From Klebsormidium nitens (Eukaryota; Plantae; Klebsormidiophyceae), in contig DF237212.1 in assembly GCA_000708835.1 (NCBI GenBank), forward strand, positions 54,734 through 118,733: 64,000 bases of DNA. The letters run 5' to 3'. This document shows, piece by piece, positions 12,266 through 25,760 of the stretch (the first letter of the stretch is position 1; each line of letters begins with the position of its first letter). The notes under the pieces are model-generated. The model worked only from the letters and a program-made list of their open reading frames with translations. It searched no databases and had not been told where the DNA came from. The position numbers and the translations under genes were made by a program.

Positions 12266-15200
12266 ATGGGGCCTTCTGTGGTATGCGACGTGCAGTGGCC
12301 TCTCGCAAGTGGTGCACTCGGTTGGCACTCTCCTGCAAGCCTCGGTGTAGCACAAGGAACAAAGATTCCCTGGCTTTGTCCTGCTTTTCATCAGGCAAAC
12401 TGTTCCAGAAGTTGCAAATCCACCCCGTGTCAACTTTCCACATTGAAGCAACAAAGTGAAAGGAAACAGATAAGCCAGTTGCCTACATTTGCTGGCCGCC
12501 AACCTCTGAACCGGTCGCAAAGGCGCCATAATTTCTGTGCTTGTAGTTGTTCAGAGACCAGTGAGCATGTTGGATCCAATCCTGAAACCCTCCCAGCTCA
12601 GAAAGAACCTTCCTTAGGCGCCACCTCAACTATCAGAATGACCAAGCAGATGGCAATTGCAAGTGGAAGCTCGGGGGGTTTGCTTCAGAAGAATGGCCAA
12701 ACAAAGGAAATTCCGCCAGCTCTGAAGCAAGTACTTGAGTTTCCCTTGCCAACATTTGAGGACGTCAGCCTGGCTATGTACCGAACAAGAAATCGTAAGC
12801 ACAATCTTTAACTCCCTGGGACAATTGCTGACAAAATGTTACAATATGGGTGGAGGGGAGAAAGCTCGACGATATCGCCATTAAAGGGTGGTGAGGGCAT
12901 TGAAGGATTTGAAAGAGCTTCAAGCCACCTGCTTTTGTTTGATGGCAAGCGATTGAAGCAGAGACAGTATTGATTGGCAAGCTCATCTTGTGCATACCGC
13001 TGCAACGAAAGCTGATCTTGTGAGCTGTAGCAGCTACTACAAAAAGCAACACAATTTGCACCTTCTCCTTGACAAGTGGGGGCATACAGGGTCGTCGCTG
13101 ATCCGTTTACACCACCGTCTGTCAACAATAATTGATTGGTCATGTTACCTGCTCTGGGGCCTGGTTTGCAAGAGGTCAAGGTCTCTCAACTTGAAACAAG
13201 ATTGTGACCCGGCTGTTGGTTAGTGTGAATGGTTAGAAGTTGGATCTGTAGGCGATGCAGACTACAGCAGATTTGGACCTGCACCAGATCTTAGCACCTG
13301 ACCATGTCTTTTTGTTTGCTTTCATAAAGGTATCCGCAACACCGAGTGCACCCTCTCTGATGCTCTCTCTGAATTGACCGGATGCGAGCTGTATTTGAAG
13401 AAGGAGTACAAGCAGCGAACAGGCAGGTACGCTCACGATGCTTGCAGCTCGTTGGAGACTCTTCTCGTCAAGCATGCCCAGTAAACTTAAGTTGACCAAA
13501 CCAAAATCTATGTATCCACCTTTGTTGGTCTCATGAAAGAGGGCTCTGCTTTGACCAAATCCTCGGTAACTGTTTTTACCCAGAATGCTTTCCAGTGCCT
13601 ACAACTGTCAGCAGTTTCAATCATCATTACAGTAATGCACTTTGTGTCAGGCATTTCCACAAGGACGCATAAGCACTGGCTCTATTGAAGACATCAGAGA
13701 CTTGCAATTCCCAGCCTACGACCTCATAACTTTCGGGACCCACCCTTCCATGGGGTGTCGAACCCCACTTCTTCATGCGGTCACCTTACGGCTCGAGCGA
13801 CACCCCTTGATGCAGTTTCAAGGAGCGTGGGGCCAGGAACGCCCTCCTCCTTCTGAGCGCAGAGCAGCGTGAGCGGGGGGTGGTAGCGGCATCGGCCGGC
13901 AACCATGCTCTGGGTCTAGCGTGGCACGGTCGGGACATTGGCATCCCTGTGACGGTGGTCATGCCGGCAAGCGCCCCGTTGACAAAGGTGATCGCGCCAG
14001 CGTTGCCTTCTGAATTTACTAAAGGTGTTCGCAGCTTATTGAAGGCCCATCCGCCTGTCTTCGGGAAGGCTTCGGCAACAGTCTATCGAGGAGTAAGCAG
14101 TAAGGGTGAGCGAGACTTCCGGTTGGAGGATTGCTAAGCTCTTATGATCCTCTGATGTCGACAAGACTCCTATCGAGATGAAAGTAAGTTCCATACGAGG
14201 CGTCCAGCCGGCAGATTTGACCAACAGAGTCGTATTATCATTCCTGCCAAGTTCCTTCATAGATTTGTGCCGATCTCCTTCTATCCATCCACCAGGCAAC
14301 GGATCTGTTTCTTTTACGCCTCGTAGGTGACGAAATGCAAGGCCCTGGGTGCTCGAGTCATCCAACACGGTGACGACATCGGCGAGGCCAAGGCATATGC
14401 AGATGAAGTGTACGTAAAGGGCGAGGGCCTCCGATATGTCAACGGCTTCGACCACCCTCACATCATCGCAGGGCAGGTGGGTGGGGATCGATAAATCAGC
14501 CCACTTATATGAGCGTTTTGCGCAACTGATTTTGCTTAACAGGATTGCTGGAGTTGGGGCTCTTTCTCTGTAGGATAACCAGACGGGGGCCTTCAACCCT
14601 GGAGGTCTCCAATTGTTCTGAAGTACTCTTCATTTTCGGGGAACTCCGAAGTGCACGGCAAAAAGGGACCTAACGGGGAGTCCACCGGATCATGCCGTGT
14701 GCTTTCCAATTCAGCCTTGAGTCACAGGGCGTCAAACGCATTCGACCACAGATAGTAGCCCGTTAGTGACTTGCTCGAAAACCGTGAGGGCTTACCTTGG
14801 AACAAGCTGTGTGAGCTTCGTTTCTGGGATCTTGATCAATCTTTCAAGTTTCCACGAGAAAGCTGTGACAGTGTTCCTGGAAGCCAGCAATCAGTTCACC
14901 CCCGCTGATGTGTGTCGAAGTCATCAGCTAGCCGACCTCTGTCGGCAGCAGTCTTTTGAGTAGTGCTTCGACCCTGAAAATGCGTCTTTTTCCAAATTGC
15001 AGGGCACGATTGGGCTGGAGATGCTGGAGCAGGTCCCCGACATGGACGCGGTAATTGTGCCCGTCGGCGGAGCAGGCCTGATCGCGGGCATTGCATTGGC
15101 CATCAAGGTGAGCGGAGCGTAAAGACGTACCATCAATTGGCAAACAATGAGATTGATCTGCGATTATCTGTTTTGATGGACAGGTGGCCGTCAGAGCAGA

Positions 15201-17702
15201 TCGTGATAGACCAGCGCTCGTCCGAGGAATGCGCGTTACTACCGGAATGCGCGTTACTACCAGAACTCGCATCTCCGTTCGGTTGACTTGTGGCATGCCT
15301 TCCCCCCAGCGACGCGTTAATCCGCTTGGCAACCCAATCACGGAAAACATCGTTGTAATGGAGAAGTCCTATCGGCTCCCTCAAGCCCTCCCCCAGGCGG
15401 ATGATTAGCTTCTTGCGTCCAAGTGCAGAGTGCCTTGGCGAAGTCAGCCCCCACGTCGCTCCCAAAACTGCGCTTTCACATAGCTCTTCGACGGTCTTTT
15501 CTTCATCGAAGCAATCAAACTCACATACGTCATTTTTTCGCGTACAAAATCCTCATCCCAACATTCCGACTCCTGCAGACCCTCCAGCCGAACGTGCTCG
15601 TGATCGGCGCGGAGCCCAAGCTGTGCGCGAGCTTCTGCGCGGCGCTGGCCGCGGGACACCCCGTCCGGGTCGACATGCAGAGCCCCACGCTGGCAGACGG
15701 CCTCGCCGTGCCCTGCGTTGGCCCGCACTCCTTTGCAGTGGCCAGGTGAGGGGGGCCCTCGTGGCTCGGGAGGCCAGCGGTGTTGGGCGATCTTGTCAGC
15801 GTCTTGTGCAAGATTGGGGTTGAGATTGAAGACTGTGCCTGCTTATTCTGGAATAGTGCGGAAATCAATAGCAGCACTGAAGCGCAAGTTCTTCTCGTGC
15901 GCCAAGTAGGCCTGAAGACCCTCTCAGCATCAATCCGCCTTATGCAACTTTGCATCAGAACACTTCGCATGATAATAGATGCTTTTCGGTGTCCGTGCCG
16001 TCGCAGTGAAGAGCAGCCTAGCTTTGCACCGGCGCAATGGCCGCCCATCCGCTTCCCTGCCATCACCGACCGATCAAACCGTTTCACACTGTCTGTTTAT
16101 TTTCATGCATTTCATTTCATTCACAGCTATCCACGATGATCTTCCACACGCTAACGCCCTTTTGCCACGTGCCAGAACATTGGTGGACGGAATGGTGCAA
16201 GTGAGCGAGCGGGACATCGGCCTCTCCGTGCTGCGCCTCGTCGAGCACGAAAAGCTGGTGCAGGTCAGACCGCACACTATGGCCTTAGTCTACTTATTCC
16301 GCCCTCATATTGGTGCCAGAACCGATGTCCGGGAAACGTTCTGTTTTCCTAAATCCGCTTTGAAGTCCTGATTCTGGTCCTTCGTCATAGGAAGGTATGC
16401 TGAAGGTCGCCACCCCTACTCTATGCCACTCCAGTATCCTAGTTCTGCTCTGAACTTTCTCCTCCCTCGGAACCCGCTCTAGTGATCCCAGTCCGTTCTG
16501 GTCTTCTGACATTGTGCCTTCTTTGCTCAACCCTCACTCAACTTGCACTCTCAAAAAGTTGACTCCCTCAACTTTGTCCCGCTCCCAGGAGGGCGCCGGC
16601 GCGGCGGGTCTGGCCGCCCTGCTGTCGGGCCAGCTGCCGGAGCTGCGCGGCAAGAAGGTGGTCATCCCGCTGTGCGGTGGCAACATCGACACCACCGTCC
16701 TGGGCCGCGTCATCGAGCGGGGCCTCGCCGCGGACGGCCGCCTCGTGCGCTTCAGTGCGATCGTGAGCGACCGACCGGGAGGTATTGCGGGGCTCTGCAA
16801 GGTGAGAGAAGCTTTCTTAGTGTTGACAATTCGACGACGAAAATAGAGCTTGCGGCGTTGGAGGCCTCTCAGGGGAGTGCGGCTGGTGTTGTGGCAGTGC
16901 TTTCGGAGGGGTGACGGCGTTGCAATTTGGAGGAGAGCGGGACGTCTAATAATCTGCCCCTGAAAATCCTCTTGCTTTGCTGTCGAGAGTGTCTTACGGA
17001 AACTGACGCTACCACCTCCCCAGTTACCCTTTTCTAATTCAGCGCAAAATCAAGACCGAATTCTTTCTTGCCCTGCAAAGTGTAGTAGAGCAGGAATATT
17101 GAGTACCAGTTCTTGAAGATGGTTACAAGATTTCACCGCCTCCTCCCCTTGTGGGTACAGATCGTGGCGGAGGAAGGCGCCAGCATCAAAGACATCGTGC
17201 ACGAGCGCGCCTGGCTGGTAGATGCGGTCGCCCACGTCCAGGTTTTCATGGTAAGGATTCACCAATACCGCCAGCGTTGGTCTGCAATGCTGCAACACAC
17301 GATCTGAGCAGCGAAGGTGGTTTTGGCGGCTGGGTGATGTGCGGGTGCTTCGGTGGTTCGAGCGTATGTTCTGCCGGATGGGACTCCAGTTTCTCGGTGT
17401 TCTTTATCTGCTGAGCACAGGCCGACGGCAGGCGTCGTTGCAAGCGTTTGGCGCATGCCACAGCAGTCCGGTCCTTCTAGGGCTTTGGCAATTGTGCCGC
17501 CGCCTCCTTTAAGCAGGTACAGGTATGCGGAGGACCTTCGGTGCGCCTCGATTGGATAGACTTGACCAGCAATCCGCACCCTTTTCGCGTGCAGGTAGTC
17601 GAAACGACAGGACGAGATCACGTTGAAAGACTTAGGGACAGGTTAGAGCAGGAAATGAACTTCAAAGGACCAATCACATCGTGGGGTCAAGTTTCGCTAT
17701 AA
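12266..17702 (+). CDS. PLP-dependent threonine/serine dehydratase with one C-terminal ACT domain and a long N-terminal extension (possible transit peptide)
   Basis: Spliced exons give [10 protein letters not shown]...[42 protein letters not shown]...[12 protein letters not shown]...[18 protein letters not shown]...[11 protein letters not shown]...TLADGLAVP...[10 protein letters not shown]...PLCGGNIDT...ACT ([29 protein letters not shown]). Stop TAA 17700-17702. Confidence 0.93.
15226..15261. repeat. Intronic tandem repeat, 2 x 18 bp (GGAATGCGCGTTACTACC) plus a degenerate third copy
   Basis: Read directly; lies in a dehydratase intron. Confidence 0.85.
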
Positions 17703-18956
17703 GCTACCGAGGTGGATTCGAGTGTCTTCAGAAGGCCGGTCTGACAGGTACAAACAGCACAGGTACATCAAGGTCTGATTTTGAGGAAGTAAAAGGTATA
17801 GGAGAAGTGATAAGGTTGCCTGCCATTACTTTGAGAAGGTTATCCGCGACGACAGGTAGAATAGCAAATTGGCATCGGGTATTCGCATTAGCTTTCAAGG
17901 TGTTTAGAACAGGACGGAACTGTCCGTGCCGCGGGTAACAGCAGTAAGCCTTGCAACATAAAGTAGGTGGAGGACGATTCCCCAATGACATACGTCTACG
18001 GTGTATGTGTTGTGCACCATCGTTACCAGTGTAAGTTGAGTCAATTAGAGAGTCGAGCTAAAACTACCGAATTTGTAGAGGTTGCGCTCAACAGGGGTGG
18101 CTTGTTCTCAACAGCTTCACTTGCGGCGTGGCTTGTCCCGAAGGACGGTCGCGAGAACATCGACTAAATTCACACGCAGCAGAGAACCCATGCATGCATC
18201 GGGCCAGGATCAGTCCCGTTGAGGTTGTGGATGACTTTGGAGAGCCAGCCTGAGGATGCATCTCATCATGCATCAAAATTGCACCTTCGAGGGCCCCCGG
18301 CCCCAGAGCACCAGTAAGGGCTCACCAGTGAACGACTGCTAATGCTTAATAATGCGCAGAATCTCCTGAAGGAACACAAATGCGGAAGATCGTCCGCGTA
18401 CGGTCGGAACTTGAGAAGGCCCTAATTTTCCATCGTACACATTATGGGGATGCGTCGCGGAGGTGAATTGCAATGATGCCCGCTAGGATCATGCATCTAT
18501 GGCGCCCTTTGCTCATTACATTAGGGATAGAATGACGCGTCCGCTGCTAACGTGAGTGTGCAATTTTGGTGTACTCTACCAAAGACTGAGCGGCGCTCAG
18601 TGGCATGTGTTGCAGCCATTCTCATACGAACCTCAGAGAGTGTTGCGTCAGCAGTGCTCAAATCGCAGACAACATATGCGCCACAAAGAAGTTTCGCTCT
18701 GGTTGAGCGCAAATCACAGATAGCCAATTTGGAATGTGTGCTTCTATATCTATGCTCGCGTACAGGAGAACCTGACGCAAACGCAGTCCAAGCTTGTTTG
18801 TGGCTTGCTTAGGGCAGTGAACGAAAATGAGGGTTACGTAAGCCCGTTTTCTGGAGTCCGGACTAATCAGCATCGTTGCTAGACAGGGCCACTGCTGTGT
18901 TTCTTACTGTTCGGAGACGCCTGAAGAATGCTTTCAGGCTTGAGGCCCTTTACAGA

Positions 18957-19879
18957 TCAAGCAGTCAGGACAAGGATCGCATAGAGAATTCCGGGGATGT
19001 AACCTGCACGTCGTGCGCGAGCCATGCGCGCGGGGAAGGTTTCAGCACTAGATTGTGATAGTGTTCGAAGCAAGCGTGTTCAACCAAGCTTTTAGAAGAG
19101 TTGTTATGCACCTTCCAAAATGATTTTAGAGCATCCCAAAGTTTGAAAGCAGGCAGGGGCGTTGATATCCGGGCCCGAACCTGTCGAGCTCAAGTTGCGA
19201 AGGTGGGCTGCTCGCCGGCAAACTCAGCAGAGAACCGATTCTGAGCTGTCAACATAAGCGGCATAAGCAGGCAGAATCGATTGGAGATACAAGAAGATCG
19301 ACAGAAGCAGGCATTGGAACTTTAAAAACCTGAGCGATCGAGGCAGGCTGTACTTACCTAGTAGGGTCAAAAGCAAGCAGATCCAGAACTCGGATCGGCA
19401 GTCGTACCTCATGAAGACGCCCAAAGGTGGAAGCAGGACAGCTGCATGTAAGATATTGGCTGGGACTATGCAGTTGCTGAGACAGCATTTTTTAACTCTA
19501 TGGCAAAGCTCTAATCGCAACGGACCATGACGATCTCATGTTCGCAGAAAGCGGGATCGTGGGCAGGGCCCAGCTCAGCCTGAGTATGATGAGTATTAAA
19601 AACCGCATGATAGATGTGCCAACAAAGCACCCTCGCGAGGAATCTGGCAAAGACGTGCACGGGGGCTCTACATGGACACCTTTCTAAAAGCCCTCCTCAT
19701 GAACCTGCCAATATCGTCAGACCCGGCTCCCGGGGCTCCGGCCTCAAACCCGGGAGCAGCAGCTCACCGCACAGCATTTCGCAGCAGTACTCTGTGGCGG
19801 TGCGCGCGGCCGCGTCCCTTCTCACCCGCACGAAGGTGCCATACTCCGGCCGGGGCGGCTCACCGGGCGGAGCGCTCAT
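18957..19879 (-). CDS. RCI2: PMP3/RCI2 (UPF0057) proteolipid, copy A, 3 exons
   Basis: MSAPPGEPPRPEYGTFVRVRRDAAARTATEYCCEMLC|AVLLPPLGVFMRYDCRSEFWICLLLTLL|GYIPGILYAILVLTA*. Confidence 0.92.
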
Positions 19880-20163
19880 GAGCCCAAGCGGCGCTTTGCT
19901 TCCGACACGGACGCAATGTCTGAACGAATGCAGGGCGCGGCGTCTTGCTTCAGATAGAGGCGCCCAAGCCTCGCGGCGCCAAACGCGTCAGGGCGAGCTC
20001 ACTTTGTATCGGGAGGCAGGAAGAGCTCCGACTTCACTTGCAAACGGATGCCTGCCAAGAAGCTGATAGAGTAGGCGCTTTGTGTCGCCTGTACATGCAT
20101 ACGTGGAGGTGCATGCGAGCAGGGCCCGGCCCGGTCAGCCGAGGGGGCGACTCGGATCTGTGC

Positions 20164-20170
20164 GCCACGT
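20164..20170 (-). promoter_or_regulatory. ABRE core ACGTGGC in the shared divergent promoter of PMP3 copies A and B
   Basis: GCCACGT on the + strand. Confidence 0.45.
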
Positions 20171-20312
20171 CAGCTTAGACAGCTTATCGGAAAAGCTACT
20201 GTAGCCTGACATTATCTCGAGGTTTCCGCACAAGTGATGCTTGACACCCAACACGAGAGCGGAGGGTATCAAAGAGCCAGCTTGCGAAGCGGCGAAGATC
20301 TGAGTTGTTGCG

Positions 20313-21525
20313 ATGAGCTCAACGGGACTGCCCCGGCCCAGCGTTCCGCCGCTGGGCACTGACGATGATCCGGCGGAAGACAGCTTCGACAACAGGTCGA
20401 CCACCGAGCTGTGCTGCGAAATTCTCTGCGGTGAGACATTGCAGAGTGGATTGCACGCTTTGAAGGACAGCAACAGGGGAACAGATGCAAAATGGGGAGG
20501 AGTAACTCATCCTTGATGCAAGAGCGTAGAGTATGTGTGCACGAGCTTCAACCTGATCACTTCACCATCCAGCTAGTCCATGAAGCCCCGCTCAAATCAA
20601 GCAAGATCTTTGAATGCTTCCATGAGGTACGGAGGCTTCCTAACTGGTGATACGCCACAGATTCTTGTGATGAATCTACCCCTCACCATGCTAGCACAAG
20701 TTCCTGCTGATCAGAGTTCCCGAAACGTTTGATCGATTCTTAGAGTTCTTTGCTTTTGGATGCAGCAATCCTGCTTCCTCCTGTGGGCGTCTTCTTCCGT
20801 TACGACTGCAGGCTAGAGTTTTGGCTTTGTCTCCTCTTGACAATCTTTGGTGAGACCCACACCTTCATTTGTGACACACTTTTTGGGAACCACTTTGATA
20901 GATGTGTAACTGACTCATCCTTGCAGTGCTGGTAAATAAGCGGACGTAAAGGTTCATCTTTTATCTGGAATCTAATCTTTTTTTCCTCGCCGCTTGACGA
21001 TCAGCATCAAAGGAAGCAAACTTGTTTTTTCCCCTGCAACCACAGCAATCCGTTTGAGGATCTAGGATGCTCGCTGTCAAATTCCCAATTCTGGGACAAC
21101 TGACAAGAGAAACGACTTTCTGACCTGATCACTCGAAGGATCTGCCGTACCAACTCGACCAAGAACCTGACGTCCACGGTTGATCTCTCCGATCGGATAA
21201 CATCATCATCTGTCAGATCTCAAAAAAAAAGATTTCCTTTGTCTGTCAGAACACCTGCCCAATTACTTCTTGCTGCCCAAGCGTCTTCTTTTCTGTTCGG
21301 ATGAGTTGCGCCTTTCACTCTGTTATGTAGGATAAACTCGCTCAAAAGAACACACATACTGTTTGGCCCTGAATTAAAGAGGCCTGGCTGGAGGCTTCTC
21401 TTGGCCGCAAGAACCCTTGAATGATGCTTTACATGTCGCCCACTTACGAATCACAAGGAGAAGTCTTTTCTGTCGCAGGTTACGTTCCCGGTATCCTTTA
21501 CGCACTTTACGTTCTCCTTCGGTAA
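20313..21525 (+). CDS. RCI2: PMP3/RCI2 proteolipid, copy B, 3 exons
   Basis: MSSTGLPRPSVPPLGTDDDPAEDSFDNRSTTELCCEILC|AILLPPVGVFFRYDCRLEFWLCLLLTIF|GYVPGILYALYVLLR*. Confidence 0.92.
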
Positions 21526-22960
21526 AGTCAGACATGGGTAAGCATTTATGCAAGGCTCAACCGAAACACTCTCAATCGATGCAATTGAATGCTTGATCGA
21601 AAAATTTCTTAATAGACTTCTGAGGATGTCTGCTGCTTGTGAGTTGTCGCCGCACTGCTGGAAGACTGCAAAGTCCGGTCCATAAGTTTGCCTTCCTTTC
21701 CTCAGGTGTTTCAACCCTCGTTGCAACCGCTGCGATCTGGATATTGGTCCCGATTAGCCGCTCCAGATTCTGGACTCGAGCTTACCTTGTTACATGTCAT
21801 TGCACCCAGGTATCGAGCAAGGTGGCCCTTTGAAGCAGATGGATCTTAGGGTGAAACTGCAAGCTTCAATCATTCCGAAGCGAGCACTATAAGGTTGGTA
21901 CAAAAAGAGAACTCGAGTTCGTATACCCCTGTGATCAGCAGAACAAAAGATAAAATTAGGACGGAAAACGAGTTCTCGGGAGGGAGTCGAAGGGGGCGAG
22001 TATTTCAGATCGAAATTTGCGATTCTTTCACGTGCACCAGAAAAACGTATGATAAGTTCCCGGGTAATGATATTTACAAAAGTACGATCCTGTTCGAATG
22101 TGAGCTGGATCCATTCGGTCTTCTATTTCTGTGGAGCCGGGCGACCTTATACTGATGCAATCAAGGCAGCCCATGTGTACGACAGGGTTTCAAACCTGTC
22201 CTTGGTCCTTGGACCGTCGAAAGTACGGCGAAAACAATCCGCAGATTGCTTTGCAGAATGTCGAGGGATGAACTATAACGGACATATACGAAACATGACA
22301 TCATCCGCATCACCATGATGCCTTGTGAAGAAGGATCGCGGGGAGTGGAGCTTCATGGCAAAGGAAACAAACATGTGCATGGCTAGTATAGATGAATAGG
22401 TAGGTGTTCTCCAAATTGCCGGCCGCTTTCAGCCCTTCAGTTCTGCATACTTGCGGTCTGATGAGAATAAAAGCTCGTAGACAAATGTAAAACTGTGGTT
22501 CGTCAAAGTGATATTTTCCAGAAGATTAAAGCCACGGAAGCCGAGCGGGCAAGAGAATGTGGCACTCAGTTGTTTCACGGATGAATTGCCCATCTCCACC
22601 TCATGTTGCAGGTAGCTGAAGCGGTCTCGGCATCGTTATAACCAATCTTATAAACGGATAGATCGGGAAGCTGCGGTTGAGAGTTTGAACTATGATCCAT
22701 TGAGGACTTAAAGGAATAAGTTGACACTTGGACACACCATCTCTTACTGTAAAGCGAGAGCTCAAATCTAGAACGAGCTTACACGACCAAAAAGTGTATC
22801 GAAGAATGGCAGCAAAACAATGAAGAGCACCGACGTCATTGGAGCGGGAACTGTTTGCGGATCTCTTGAGCAGGCATATTGCTTGAGACACAACCACTGG
22901 ACGTTTGATGATACAGTTTTTAGAAGCAGTACAGCTGAGACTTCAAGCTATGTTTCCACA

Positions 22961-23960
22961 TCACAGCAACACACAGGCCGCGTAGATAACTCCAGGAATG
23001 TAACCTGCAAGCAAGACAAAGCACTAGATCAGTCCTCGACGAAATGGTTTCACGAGCGGCGACCGAAGTCTAGAGTTCACACTCGGCAGTATTGAGAGCT
23101 CTCCGGCTCTTCTGGCCCTGAGCTGTCAAGTTGACGGAGCTGAACAACTGATTCTGCAGCTTCTGCATCTTTGTAGATAGAAGGTGCGAGAGAATGCCCA
23201 GAAAATCCAACAAGGACGAAATATGCTGCTAATCCATCCCAGCCTGAAGGTCTCCAGTGATTCGGTGATCGAAGCCCCAGATATCAGCCTGAGGCGAAAG
23301 GGACAATCAAGTGAGCGAATGAAGCACTTCTCCGCTTCTCTCACCTAGGAAGGTTAGCAGCAGGCAGATCCAGAACTCGAATCCGCACCCATACCTCACG
23401 AAAACACCGAGGGGAGGAAGCAGGATGGCTGCAATGTAAGAAACCGCGATATGGAGAATCTGAAGCTGTTTTTACTGCACTGCGGGTCATTCGACAAGCT
23501 GAAACACCGATTGGTACCCGACTTTACAGCCGGAAGAATAGCTGAACGGCACGAAGACATGATTAGCAGGTGAACTTGTAAGGGCTCTGCCCAGATATGT
23601 TTCGATTGGATCCAAATGCCATGCGCCAAAGAGACCGCGCCGAGAATTTTGTTGCCAACTCGGCGGGCAAAGAACGGCATGCACGTGGTCTCCTGCACAA
23701 GCATGACTACTCCTTCAAGGAGTTTTACCCGGAACTGCTCTGACGGCATCGTTAGCTTTGCGCAGACCCAGATTGGTTCCACTTGTTTGGGACAGAGTTC
23801 CAAGGAGGCGTTGCAATCGGGAGACCTGCTGCCAAAGTTGAACAATGTTCATGGATGTCGTACCACACAGAAGCTCGCAGCAGGTTTCTGTCCCCGTCCT
23901 CCGGCCGTCGCCAGCCCCTCTGCTCTCCACCGGCGTCGCCTCATGGTCCACGGAGCTCAT
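22961..23960 (-). CDS. RCI2: PMP3/RCI2 proteolipid, copy C, 3 exons
   Basis: MSSVDHEATPVESRGAGDGRRTGTETCCELLC|AILLPPLGVFVRYGCGFEFWICLLLTFL|GYIPGVIYAACVLL*. Confidence 0.92.
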
Positions 23961-24122
23961 CGTGGCGGCCGGGAGTTCAAATGGCTTTATGCTGCTGAAA
24001 TCTTCTAGCGCTCCCAGTGAGCATGGGCCAGATTGAAAACTTTCAGGGCGCCAGGGAGAGCTGCTTCAATGAATCTTCGCAAAAGAGGTCGGTGCGTGCT
24101 GGTCAACACTGATGCGGATGGC

Positions 24123-24129
24123 GACACGT
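24123..24129 (-). promoter_or_regulatory. ABRE core ACGTGTC upstream of PMP3 copy C
   Basis: GACACGT on the + strand, about 165 bp upstream of the ATG. Confidence 0.4.
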
Positions 24130-25760
24130 CGAGCTTCTCTGCTTCAAACTTTTCAAGACCAGCCTCAGCTTCTTAATCGTCAACAGCCTGACGAGGTCGA
24201 GGGCCTCTCAGGAAAGAACGCACCGTGACGCCGACAATTGCAGCAAGGCGCTCAAGCGGAGAATCCAAGAACCCGTCTGACGATGCGTTGCGCTCTGCGA
24301 ACGCATGCAGTGAAACTTTCCGTACATCCTGCCTGGGCTTGAGAGTGCCGGGTAAGATCACAATGGTTTTGGTTTAACAAGTACAGTCGCTGACAATGTC
24401 AGCTGTACGACTGTGAAAGGTGTCTTTGTGCACAGGGCATCTGCACACCTTTATGTTTAGCCTGACTTTAGCCTTATATATAATATAAGCAGGCATCATG
24501 CCGTCACCCCAGTAGTGTAACTCCTTGCTTCGCGTTTTCAACTGGAATGACCGGGACGCAGACTTCTCTTTTCACTTTCGAACATACGTTCTTTAAGCTA
24601 CGTTGGAATGTCCGACGTCAAGATTTCCCCCTGGGATTGTGCCATGTTACAGTATCGGTCTGATTGAAGCAGGTGCTGTATCTGTGTATGCAAGTTTGCA
24701 ACCACACCAAATTTTGCAGGATGTACCCGATGCAACCGGCATAGTGCATCTGTGAATTCAAGAGTATGTAATCGAATGAACTGCAGCATTCCGTGCATGG
24801 CGTGTGGACAGTGAAAAACACCGGGGTCTTACTAACCCAGGATTGTGCCACTTGCACATGAAGCATCCAAAAATCCTTTTAAGCCAGACTAAGAATCACA
24901 GAGAACTTGCATCTTTGACAAGTTTATTGTTGTTATTATAGTTGCATCCAAAAGTAATACCGGTAGTTGCCGCATGCTGCTCTAGTTCTGTAGACGTTGT
25001 GTCCTCTATTATAGGCACTCTTCGCACACATGTCCCGGTGTAGCTTAAAGATATGCCAACCTCCAACTAGGAAGGCAATGTAGCCTGTTGATATACATAT
25101 AGCCGACAAATCTGACCAGGGAATCTGATTAGGTGAATCCTGACAATACGAACTCCGACAAATCTCAGCAGTCTGAAGCATAATCTACAACAGCGGAGGT
25201 AAAAGCCAAAATACTGCACAGGAATTACGACGGTCAATGATCAAAATAAGTAATACCATTATTGAAATTGTTGCAGGAGGTCAGCAGAGACTAAAATTCG
25301 AAAAATGTTGTTTGCAGATTCTGCGGACCTATCAAGTTGGCCGTGGTGGCTCAATGACTGTCTCCAGGTCCAATAAAGCTCCTCATAACCTTTCTGAGCT
25401 TCTATAGTAGTACATGTGCGCGTGCTGCTTGTTGGGAGCTGTGTATACTGTCAAATCAAGGGGCGGAGCAGCTAGAATCATATACAGTTCACCTTCCTCT
25501 GCACGACTCACAGTCAAAAAAGCGGGCGTCGTTTTTTAACCATAGCTGCAAAGGGGCACGAAACACAGCTCAATGACTGTTCACGCTGTCATGCGAGAAA
25601 CACAGTACCGCGTGTCTTCTGCATACTGGGCTCCACATCGTGTCACCTTCCTTCTTAGGATCCCCAGAAATGCGAGCAGTTTGCAGTCCAAGTTTCATGT
25701 AGGTCACCCGTAATTCAGCAACCACTGAAGCCTAAACAGACGGCCTTACCTGGCCAAGTT

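Noticed and set aside
25340-25580. Repeated GCTCAATGACTGT with a tRNA A-box-like start
   Set aside because: No T-loop (GTTCRA) or cloverleaf.
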